NCBI GenBank assembly: GCA_044892505.1
Contig: CM097883.1
Location: 373,550,001-373,614,000 of the forward strand
Length of the DNA: 64,000 nt
From: Schmidtea nova
Lineage: Eukaryota
Direction of reading: 5' to 3'
The translations under genes were made by a program, and so were the position numbers. Positions within the stretch are counted from its first letter, which is position 1. Each line of letters starts with the position of its first letter. The notes beneath the pieces were generated by a model that made no database searches, had not been told where the DNA came from, and saw only the letters and a list, made by a program, of their open reading frames with translations. Positions 57,501 through 64,000 of the stretch are shown here, in pieces.

Positions 57501-60350
57501 GATTTCACTACTGCCTGAACTTCTTCAAATCGTTCTTTTGCATCGTAGCCTTCTCGTGCCTCATATACTTTTGCTAAATTTCTAATTTCTTCCCTCGTGA
57601 TATTAGCCTTCGTTGAAATATTTTCTATCAAACGGTCGCTCCGAACTCTGCTGCACAAAATCATTTCAACAATATTTTCTTTTGAAATTCAACAGTCAAA
57701 AACTTTGTCAACAAGTTTCTTTACTCGTATCTCGAATGTAATAAATCTTTCATCGTTATTTTGTTTCACTGCTGATAAGTCACAAATCTTATCCATAATG
57801 GACTTCTTTTTGGTAAATGTTTCATTAAACCATTCACTAGCTTTTTCATTCGTTGTGGCGATGTCCTTAAATTCTTTCCAGAGAATAGATGCCTCTTCAG
57901 ACAATAATAAATCAAAAATACTTACTAAATTTAGATCATTTAGTAGCATCCAATCTTCAATATCCTTGAGCCATTTCTCTACTTCTACCGTGCTTCGGCC
58001 GTCGAATCTTCTGACATTAAAATTCAAAATGTCTTTTGCCTGTTTAGACAAAGATTCCATTATCATCTTTCTATGCTGATTTCTTGTCACCGCGTGAATC
58101 GGCTCGATATTTTCGGCGTGGTCGCCAGTTACAATCTCTTCATAATTCATAACAAATTAACAAATTAAATATATATTTTGTAAACAGTGCCCACTTGATA
58201 ATATTTAAACAAGGTTAATTATTGAACATCACTGCTAAAAAACACAATACGACCATCAACATTCATTTCGCATAAAATCATGTTAAATTATAAATAAAAT
58301 TTTCATCCAGTAAAATTAATTTAAAATAAATAAATCATAAATTTAATATTTAAAATTAAGTAAAATATAAGGCATACTTGAAAAAATCCGTGTAAAATAT
58401 TCGTGTGCTAAATACACTAATTTTGATCAATAAACTTTATAGAAAAAAATGTAAATTTCTTAAATAGAAAAAAAGAAACCAAGGGTGAAAAAGATAAACG
58501 AGATCAATGATATTACATCATTATGTAATTGAAAGTAATGATAAAATTAATTAAAGAGGTTCTCATTTGATAGACTGATCATCGCACTAGATAGTGTTAA
58601 TATTTCATTTATTAGTGTTTTCTGGTAAATATGATAATTTATTTATAATTAATTTTTAGGNNNNNNNNNNNNNNNNNNNNNNNNNNNNNNNNNNNNNNNN
58701 NNNNNNNNNNNNNNNNNNNNNNNNNNNNNNNNNNNNNNNNNNNNNNNNNNNNNNNNNNNNNNNNNNNNNNNNNNNNNNNNNNNNNNNNNNNNNNNNNNNN
58801 NNNNNNNNNNNNNNNNNNNNNATAGATAAAAAATTTTTTTTTTATAAACAATAACACAATATTTCGGCACAGCCTTTATCAAGTGTGTAAATACACACTT
58901 GATAAAGGCTGTGCCGAAATATTGTGTTATTGTTTATAAAAAAAAAATTTTTATCTATAGTCATTATGAGAATTATTGATAATAATAATAAAAAAAGATC
59001 AAAGGTGAAAAAAGATAATTATGATAATATATATATATATATATATTCCTTGTTCTGTGTCGTTTGGTCACTTACAATTTTATTTTCTATTAAATTTCAT
59101 CTAAAATATAATTATAAATAAATTATCACAATTGCTAAATACACCAATAAATGAAATACTAACATTATTAAATGCAAAGGTCATACTATCAAATGAGTAA
59201 CTTTATATTAACAATTTATTTAAAATTGACAGTAACCAATTATATATAATTCATACACTCGTTGTGCTATTATTTATTCTCCATTTGCTAAATAATTATT
59301 GTTTCATTATTCACCATACCCACACAACCCCTTCCAAAAACTATTTCGTCCTATATTGTCCTTCCTGGGAAATGATCAGTCTATATTATAGGAATATTGC
59401 TGTATTTTCCTGTTGTAAAACCCTCCAAACTGACTCAGATCTTTTGTTTTCATTTCTGAACTCAGGCTTGGAATAAAAATAAATTCAATTTACATCGCGA
59501 ACTGCGCATCATATATCAAAGTATAAAAGATAATAATTTATAATGATTATACTACTATGAAACGCAAAACAATAATTCGTCGTCTCCCTGACTGCTGTAT
59601 GACGTGAACATTTACATTCAGGTCAGGAATTGGTAATTAATCCAGGCAAGGCCAATGGTGTTCCCATTCAAATAGCATTTTCTCCAAACAGAAGAATCTC
59701 AAAGTTTAATGAGGAAGTATATTGTGAGGCAGTTGGGGTAACATTCCCTATTTTCATGATGACTGGAGGATGCCAGGCTCACGACATTCGCTTTGATGTT
59801 GAATCAATTTCGTTTGGACTGGTTACCAAAGGCAGTCACATTACAAAGAAGTTATCAATGACAAACTACGGCGATATTGGAGCCAGGTAAGATTTTCAGA
59901 AACTTTTAGACATTTATTGAATTCTTATAGATTTAAATGGAATAGTGACTCATTCAAACCTGATTTCTCCATAACCCCTGTCTCTGGATACATTTCTCAA
60001 GGGATGGAAGTGGTTTTTGAAATTTGCTTTTCTCCAGTTAGACCAGCTCCGGATGTTCGATATGACGTAATAATTATATTACTTATTATTATTATTATTT
60101 GTAAAAGATATCGCTGAACTCTAAAACTGATTTACTTATTACAATTACTAATAGTTATAATTCAACATTATTAAAGAATGTTGAAATATAATTACAGAAT
60201 AATACTACATTCCATCTAGGTCAGTGTTTCCCAACCTGGGCGATTTGAAATGTTAGGTGCGCGATGATTGTTGTTTTGCATATGTCAACTTTTTTTACCA
60301 CTGTTTTTATTTTTTCCGTATCGTTCTAAATTCTAGAATCTAGATACAAT

Positions 60351-60428
<78 letters not shown>

Positions 60429-62269
60429 CGCAGACAAACACAAACAAGTCTTATAAATGACCTACGTCTATATATACCTCTGCCCTTAATTTGTCAATCT
60501 TTATAGTATAACAATATATGATGCACACACATCACCTTACATGTAGTTGCATCTACTCTACCCTAGTGCTTCGCAACCTGGGCGATATCGCACACTAGTG
60601 GGCGATTTGAATTTTTAGCAATTGGAAATGGGCGATAATCGTAAAAGGGTTGGGAAACGCTGATATAGGCGATAAACAAAATTAGTATTTCTAGTTTAGC
60701 GTACTGGATAACGGTGCATTAGTTTCCTTGTTCAAATACTTAGTTCTCAAGAGTGGGTAGTCTGTGTATCGTTCGGAATTCTTTTAACTTTGTTGTAATT
60801 CATCTGAATCATTTTTATTCTTTTATCTCTCAATGGATAAGTCCGCCGATTTGCTACCGATTCAGTCTGGAAGGACCATAATATTTAGAGACATTAATTT
60901 GCCCATTCTCTCTCTTGATCATAACTATGTCTCCAATCTCAACTTTCTATGAATTATTCCTTTATCATAATGCTGTTTCTGAACAGCATTCTTGCTTTTA
61001 CTGTTTCCTAATACAAATTTCTGAATTCCTTCTGTTCATTTTCCTGTTGTGTTCTGAATTGTGAATCGGATTCCCAATTTCAATAATAGACAAAATGTCA
61101 TCCCAATCGTGTTTCCTTCAGAACGCTAGAAATTACAGCTTTTGTTGATCAGCATATTACATTGTTGATAAAGCTGATGTAAAAATTATGTTTAGTATGA
61201 ATTATAAACATCAATGGAAATTATTTAGCAATTTATATGTTTGTTATCGAAATAAACGTAAGCTACCATGTTGCACTAGAACAGACAAAGCCCCGTACAG
61301 CGCGTATCTTCCCAAACTCTTGACATACCCTCAGGATTACACATACCACATCCACAAATAATCTGCANNNNNNNNNNNNNNNNNNNNNNNNNNNNNNNNN
61401 NNNNNNNNNNNNNNNNNNNNNNNNNNNNNNNNNNNNNNNNNNNNNNNNNNNNNNNNNNNNNNNNNNNNNNNNNNNNNNNNNNNNNNNNNNNNNNNNNNNN
61501 NNNNNNNNNNNNNNNNNNNNNNNNNNNNNNNNNNNNNNNNNNNNNNNNNNNNNNNNNNNNNNNNNNNNNNNNNNNNNNNNNNNNNNNNNNNNNNNNNNNN
61601 NNNNNNNNNNNNNNNNNNNNNNNNNNNNNNNNNNNNNNNNNNNNNNNNNNNNNNNNNNNNNNNNNNNNNNNNNNNNNNNNCAGTCGTATCGATGTTTGTG
61701 AATATGTGAGTGTGAGAGTTTTGAGTCCGTGTGTTTGCCTCATTTTTTGCGGTTTAAGTAAATTAACTGATGTGGTTGTTGATGGTGTTTATTTTCTTCT
61801 TTTGATTTGTGTTCTATACTCGTTTAATTTTTCAAATGTCATGGGCGTAATGCCACATACTTTGGACAAGACTGATCGTCTTTTCTGTACTCGAGTTTTA
61901 GAGCATTTTCAATTGGGGATTATGGATTTCGTTTTCAATCATTCTGTTGTTTATAAATATGGAAATATTTATAATATATTCTTAAAAAAATATTTTTTAA
62001 AATAAAAATAAAAGATTATTATATTTTTAAGATTAATTTATTTAAATTAAAAAATTTTAATCGATTTAAATTTTTTGCTATAATATATAATTTAAAATAT
62101 ATATTTTATTTTAAAAATTAATACTAATTTGTTTGAAAAAATCGATTTATTTGATTTAGATTTGAATGTAAGATTGGGTAGCACCTGATGAAGAGAATTA
62201 AGTTCTCGAAATATATTGTGCAAAATATATATTTGGATTGGCGTTTGTTTTTAATTTTTATTATTATTA

Positions 62270-62319
<50 letters not shown>

Positions 62320-62937
62320 GTTATTATGCGACCATTTCAAGGCTGATGTTCGACTGAATTGACAAAATAATTTGCTAACGATTTCCTCTAGGTTGTTTTC
62401 GGTAGATTAATCACCTCTATACATTTCTCTTTCGGTTATGAAAGCGATTTCGCATGTCATCTGTGATTTATATAGATTATAATAATGTCGTTTAACTGCT
62501 TAATACATTATAAAATAAATTAATAAATGACAGAATAAGCCTTTGCTGCAAAATATTTTTATTAATGGAAAATTTTCGATTTTAAAATAATCCTTATCAA
62601 TAATCCTTACATTATTATTATTGAAAGCTTTTATGCTTGTAGAATTTACAATGTTCTATCGAGGGCTGGAAGAATCTTGGGCTCGTATTAACTGGGGTGT
62701 GTCAGACTGTTACTCCTGTGAAGGAAATGTTAAATTTTAATGTACCAGTGCGTCAACAAGACGTTAAATCACTGAAAATTGGCAACAATACTAATGCAAC
62801 ATGGATTCTAAAGCCTGTAATTGAAGGAGAACATTGGACTGGGTCGGAGACATTTGTTGTTGAACCACAACAAACGAAAAACTACGAAGTAACGTTTAGG
62901 CCACTAACAATGACAACAGATGGCAAAAAGCATCAAG
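8203..62937 (+). CDS. HYDIN: HYDIN, axonemal central-pair protein; multi-exon gene, 3' end beyond window
   Basis: Spliced translation matches HYDIN as I recall it, in colinear order (MTPSEF..IELLDMGNTTYQ, LFQPFPS, LILRNNDK, TEREKFIVPI, LDFPD, LPPRTAGEKLP, GSPMSGKT, CILPDEVIIEVLSERL, YRWII, FRPLTMT). GT-AG exons traced by eye: 8203-8334, 8383-gap, 8984-9103, 9156-9490, 12409-12533, 12587-12915, 12962-13464, 13514-13903, 13957-14137, 16332-16448, 16494-16646, 16698-17054, 17114-17211, 17267-17417, 17463-17600, 17651-17779, 24543-25831, 25875-26139, 26185-26520, 26567-26821, 26870-27052, 27654-27900, 27948-28145, 31303-31457, 31502-32040, 32086-32286, 32371-32505, 32554-33166, 33235-33437, 33484-33786, 36856-37188, 37244-37548, 40372-40471, 41439-41547, 41601-41743, 41796-gap, 42216-42363, 42418-42591, 42641-42922, 42965-43201, 45702-45786, 45851-45981, 46033-46488, 46563-46621, 46669-46863, 46916-47126, 47181-47458, 47515-47653, 51759-53094, 59622-59886, 59931-60066, 62643-62937. 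Individual boundaries may be off by a few nt. Confidence 0.95.
9866..10082. mobile_element. Tc1/pogo-type MITE, 217 bp
   Basis: TIRs ccgtatttgccggtgtataagacccc / ggggtcttatacaccggcaaataagg, flanked by TA on both sides. Confidence 0.85.
10517..10559 (-). ncRNA. Minimal hammerhead motif, mirror copy
   Basis: Minus strand AAAGC-CTGATGA-T-GACAGC(TAA)GCTGCT-GAAA-TATA-TT-GCATT, with one stem II mismatch. Confidence 0.62.
10926..10968 (+). ncRNA. Minimal type I hammerhead ribozyme motif
   Basis: AAAGC-CTGATGA-T-GACAGC(TAA)GCTGTT-GAAA-TATA-TT-GCATT: intact core, 6-bp stem II, palindromic stem III, stem I with one mismatch. Confidence 0.75.
11854..12009. repeat. 13-bp minisatellite, 12 units (AGTCACCATAGGC)
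   Basis: Direct head-to-tail repeats with point variants and no spacers. Confidence 0.92.
12409..14137 (+). CDS. HYDIN: HYDIN exons 5-9 (ASH/Ig-like repeats)
   Basis: PFSVEP, GEDVYIRIHG, DPIEGDIWPHTS, GRETRLSLKITGVGIGPK, GIVIGPTF, SNSIGKY-type segments joined by 46-53 nt GT-AG introns. Confidence 0.92.
14349..14802 (+). mobile_element. Possible non-autonomous Helitron-like (HINE/DINE-type) fragment
   Basis: TCTATATTAA start, gtttgtatgtttgtatgt microsatellite, cacgc, ggattgagctgaaatttggc. CTAG at 14799 but no clear 3' GC hairpin. Confidence 0.3.
16332..17779 (+). CDS. HYDIN: HYDIN exons 10-16
   Basis: CIGEGPVV, LTNESEIPAIF, ANLNDCVKFTD, NLGSHFS, NKGKRHQQLVW, EHPHV; short GT-AG introns. Confidence 0.9.
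17849..18699. repeat. Possible solo LTR (851 bp)
   Basis: TGTAAC...GTGACA termini; 4-bp flanks ttcg/ttca (3 of 4 match). Confidence 0.35.
18714..20390 (-). mobile_element. Tigger/pogo element, internally deleted and degenerate
   Basis: TIRs cagtaatacct(t/c)gta(c/t)aacgct with TA flanks. DDE fragments LLIIDSAPGH, IFLPPNTTSLIQPMDQEVIANFK, AIENIRDSWNEV..GVWNKI, QSKLDQFF. Confidence 0.88.
21643..21956. mobile_element. hAT MITE, 314 bp
   Basis: TIRs caaggatgagcaac / gttgctcatccctg; 8-bp TSD gtgtatag / gtgtatgg. Confidence 0.85.
22230..23340 (+). mobile_element. mariner-like remnant interrupted by a solo LTR
   Basis: TIR-like cgtggtgcgcccgataagt and ttattgaattacgtgagta. Broken frames resembling KEIRSELKSVYDDQCPS and DNEKPGRP. 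Confidence 0.45.
22776..23246. repeat. Solo LTR (471 bp)
   Basis: TGTAAT...GTCACA termini; 5-bp TSD atcgt / atcct (4 of 5 match). Confidence 0.6.
24543..28145 (+). CDS. HYDIN: HYDIN exons 17-23, including P-loop-like segment
   Basis: GEVNFPNLQF, LGIEEIFDVKP, CEVEGGPTY, LPAYRLEFGNV, GLEPKLEF, NPCDFPIEIYSLEFD, PVSQAIARYLG..GIAMVVIGSPMSGKT. Confidence 0.92.
29386..29660. repeat. Foldback repeat family A, outer arms only
   Basis: ctcatttgatagtatgatctttgcatcagatag and ctatctaatgcaaaggtcatactatcaaatgag are inverted. The same arms occur at 58560-59200 and 39008-39211. Confidence 0.7.
29817..30564 (+). mobile_element. Merlin transposon, internally deleted (748 bp)
   Basis: Perfect 14-bp TIR ggcacttatacact / agtgtataagtgcc and perfect 8-bp TSD gtttattc. 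ISXO2-like motifs EINES..RRKYNMG..QWVFGG, IHSD*WAGY, VNHKEHFVDPQTGATTNHQESWW, HLAEFLWR. Confidence 0.92.
31303..33786 (+). CDS. HYDIN: HYDIN exons 24-30 (adenylate-kinase-like and charged coiled-coil region)
   Basis: CILPDEVIIEVLSERLMLNDCQKGIVFDGLD, E/K-rich helix, GLGLGDKGPPIPPP, YRWIIQP..GQFDQSFNFEI..CRGICAFPNISKEPRIVF. Confidence 0.92.
34567..34918. repeat. Foldback repeat family A, inner arms with hammerhead-like motifs
   Basis: Inverted arms of about 160 bp. Plus-strand motif at 34835-34867, degenerate minus-strand copy at 34613-34643. Confidence 0.75.
36856..37548 (+). CDS. HYDIN: HYDIN exons 31-32
   Basis: GRYPENME..NSSPM..FLLDP..CCVKENPEPV; LRNSTALPVHWRI..AEAYDVALDMSFPK. Confidence 0.92.
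37812..38720 (-). mobile_element. Tigger-like internally deleted element (909 bp)
   Basis: TIRs caggaatacctcg..agtacggt with TA flanks. ORF 38233-38502 joins an N-terminal HTH (KRNWLTLEQKLSVIKLHEEG) directly to a C-terminal tail (VQTSLLKFF). Confidence 0.85.
39306..39491. mobile_element. MITE with long TIRs (186 bp)
   Basis: Inverted arms of about 80 bp (ctcgcctaacgaattaattcgttcccaaaaaattgaacgtaaatc...), TA flanks. Confidence 0.8.
40372..43201 (+). CDS. HYDIN: HYDIN exons 33-40
   Basis: LKNRGPYEI, YQITPKADINFG, IENIGEFDFRF, FGNFTLFP, SIFEEHRIC, FLFTNVLVG, GEGYLPRIVVTKP. Confidence 0.9.
43206..43244. repeat. (TTA)n microsatellite
   Basis: Directly visible. Confidence 0.9.
44470..44995 (-). 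mobile_element. hAT (GTF2IRD2/SPIN-like) transposase N-terminal remnant
   Basis: Broken frames FQDIWTEMYG, HFENNH, FFISHSIAQHGKAISEREFI*ETFL, KQIFELPLS. Confidence 0.55.
45506..45578. repeat. (TA)n microsatellite
   Basis: Directly visible. Confidence 0.9.
45702..47653 (+). CDS. HYDIN: HYDIN exons 41-48
   Basis: VVNNQYEDT, GEGYEDFITFEN, FSPSVGHLHPG, LNWDDTKK..KW, KKVIETEQEP, FQDTMLFETRIY, QPYCHFELTDSDYL, FNVVNPT. Confidence 0.9.
47880..48266 (-). mobile_element. Penelope-like element 3' fragment (GIY-YIG C-terminus plus hammerhead-bearing tail)
   Basis: CNVAYIG, frameshift, then TRVQGHARKSGNSNIIEHNNTC..NFKILSKDLKNYYERVHCEALMMKSFNPKINIQ. Hammerhead motif downstream at 47893-47926. Confidence 0.8.
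47893..47926 (-). ncRNA. Hammerhead motif with 3-nt deletion
   Basis: GC-CTGAT-GACAGC(TGA)GCTGTC-GAAA-TATA-TT-GC: perfect 6-bp stem II, one TGA unit lost from the core. Confidence 0.5.
48463..49948 (+). mobile_element. Ty3/gypsy remnant with Gmr1-type order (integrase C-terminus, RT, RNase H, PPT)
   Basis: FDIGEKVLVLLPT..WHGTYRI..NYII..FHVNLLRKW precedes RT (PINQKLYQLP, AFTTPFG, FLDDIIIYS, LRRFLGMINYYR) and RNase H (VQTDASD..IGAVL, DYLSRF). Purine tract, then TGTGACA at 49949. Many stops and deletions. Confidence 0.8.
51759..53094 (+). CDS. HYDIN: HYDIN exon 49 (large exon)
   Basis: ESFWRFEIPE..PFLVVGQCTEP..LLIGHESVETV..NFNLTC..HDFGHCFVYRAGM..FEVNGIS. Confidence 0.93.
53851..56897 (-). pseudogene. 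pol: pol (protease, RT, RNase H, integrase), split by frameshifts and a deletion
   Basis: ORFs 55713-56897, 54735-55676, 54519-54710 and 53851-54522 with canonical motifs. Short deletion in the integrase core after DIAYMET. Confidence 0.9.
56933..58150 (-). pseudogene. gag: gag (two frames), with two zinc knuckles
   Basis: RRFDGRSTVEVEKWLKDIE; CFCCGQSDHMRFEC and CLICGKEGHSFRNC. Frameshift near 57665-57690. Confidence 0.85.
58854..58886 (-). ncRNA. Mirror copy of the U3-A8 hammerhead-like motif
   Basis: Exact reverse complement of 58895-58927. Confidence 0.58.
58895..58927 (+). ncRNA. Minimal hammerhead-like motif with U3-A8 variant core
   Basis: ACAC-TTGATAA-A-GGC(TGT)GCC-GAAA-TA-TT-GTGT. 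Confidence 0.62.
59622..62937 (+). CDS. HYDIN: HYDIN exons 50-52 (last exons in window)
   Basis: FSPNRRISKFNEEV, FDVESISFGLV, GDIGARFKW, PDFSITPVSGYISQGMEV, LQCSIEG, GEHWTGSE, YEVTFRPLTMT; donor GT at 62938. Confidence 0.9.
60222..60662. mobile_element. hAT MITE with internal (TA)n
   Basis: TIRs cagtgtttcccaacc / ggttgggaaacgctg; TSD atctaggt / atataggc (6 of 8). Confidence 0.75.
60800..61060 (-). mobile_element. gypsy integrase C-terminal remnant
   Basis: QKQHYDKRNNS*KVEIGDIVMIKRE..SKYYGP. Confidence 0.55.
62181..62221 (+). ncRNA. Minimal type I hammerhead ribozyme motif (family B)
   Basis: GCAC-CTGATGA-A-GAGAAT(TAA)GTTCTC-GAAA-TATA-TT-GTGC, with all stems intact. Confidence 0.78.
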
Positions 62938-63090
62938 GTAACTTGAAAGATTTTGGATTAATATCTATTATTTCTCAAATAAATTTATTTTCTTCATTAA
63001 ATTATACATAAAATAAATTTATAAGATTCGATTTATTTTACTTTTTAGGATTATATTATGAGGATTATATTTATTTTCATTCTTTTAGAC

Positions 63091-63218
63091 CAGGGGTTCC
63101 CAACCTTTTCATAGTACCGTACCTGTACGTTGTAAACAATTTGATGGCATACCGGTAACCCTAATTTTTTAATGGGGTATAAAATGCAATGGAGATTTGT
63201 AATAAAGACAAGTAACTT

Positions 63219-63288
<70 letters not shown>

Positions 63289-63515
63289 CTGCTAAACATA
63301 TAAATAAAATATAATTATGACTTAAAAGATAACCTTTATTGAATAAAGTATTACAATACCAACAATGGATAAGAAATTGTAAAATATTAAAATGTATGGG
63401 TAATTGTAGTCATGTTTTTTTCGCAAAACAGATTTTTAATAGATTTTTGTTTTATATATAGTAAAGTAATTCTCGAACCGGTACTGGTACGAGTACCCAA
63501 GGTTGGGAATCCATG
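63091..63515. mobile_element. hAT MITE (425 bp) with internal (TA)n
   Basis: TIRs caggggttcccaacc / ggttgggaatccatg; perfect 8-bp TSD ttttagac. Confidence 0.88.
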
Positions 63516-64000
63516 TTTTAGACTATAGATCCATATGTTTTCATATATATGGTATGTTAGAATGAAAATAATCAAAAAGGTAAGTAACAAATTAAATGTG
63601 ACCAATAGAAATTATTCAACACACACTTGATCAAGATCAATCTTGATCAATATCATTTATATCATTTACCTAACAATCAAAGAAAATTTTGATCTATAGT
63701 CATACAATTATTGATTAAGAAACGATATCAAAGGTGAAACCAAAAGATAATTAAAATATAATTATGCTCAATTGTCATGACTTTCAATTTGCTTTATGTG
63801 GGAAGCTTTTGAACAAAAAAATCGGGCCCAACAAAAGCGGGCCCGGTGCAAAGTTTTCGAAGAAGTTCTTGAAAGAAATTTCTTGCAATAAATTTATTTA
63901 TTATGTTCAGAATAGTAAGGAAAACATTCAAATTAATAAAAAATAAAACTAACATTTCAAATTAAAAACTTTGTAATTATGACACGTATTTTTATTTATT

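Larger units (their letters stand above)
53758..58233 (-). mobile_element. Full-length Ty3/gypsy LTR retrotransposon (4476 bp), frameshifted
   Basis: LTRs 58127-58233 and 53758-53865 (3 substitutions plus 1 indel). PBS TGGCGACCAC, PPT gaagaggaggag, TSD gttaa / gctaa. Gag with two CCHC knuckles, protease LWDSGAS, RT YLDD, RNase H DASF, integrase with GPY motif. Confidence 0.95.
58559..59200. repeat. Foldback repeat family A, near-complete palindrome (left arm partly in gap)
   Basis: Perfect hairpin 58822-58958 centred at 58890; imperfect outer arms extend to about 58559 and 59200. Confidence 0.75.

Noticed and set aside
62525-62610. Repeat ataagcctttgctgc (also about 17965 and 35690) as a fourth hammerhead family
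   Set aside because: A real dispersed repeat, but no YUGANRA core or closing stems could be found.
63620-63750. Hammerhead in the family A copy near the window end
   Set aside because: The core region is replaced by a local palindrome (ttgatcaagatcaatcttgatcaa), and GAAA and stem I are lost.
1-64000. rRNA, tRNA or prokaryotic operon features
   Set aside because: No recognisable rRNA or tRNA sequences. The gene structure is spliceosomal.

Overview
AT-rich eukaryotic genomic DNA from a gapped scaffold (many N runs). Most of the window is one ciliary gene, HYDIN (+ strand). It starts at ATG 8203, has 52 exons that I could trace to 62937, and continues past the window end. The exons sit in clusters separated by roughly 43-60 nt introns, and the clusters are separated by large introns filled with transposons. 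Those include pogo/Tigger, mariner, hAT, Merlin, a compact Ty3/gypsy element with 107-108 bp AGT...ACT LTRs, a Gmr1-type gypsy remnant with integrase before RT, and solo-LTR candidates. Upstream of HYDIN are an orphan WD40-like ORF and a disrupted chimeric gene with a very divergent alpha-tubulin core. The main hidden signal is a set of minimal type I hammerhead ribozyme motifs, consensus stemI-YUGAURA-W-stemII-GAAA-(UA)1-2-UY-stemI'. They occur in three sequence-distinct repeat families with covarying stems, often as inverted pairs inside long palindromes. One family is tied directly to a Penelope-like GIY-YIG remnant, and another carries a compensatory U3-A8 core pair. Several copies are in sense orientation within HYDIN introns. 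The host is an animal-like ciliated organism, and a flatworm/planarian is my inference only. All alignments and folds were done by eye, and no searches were run.
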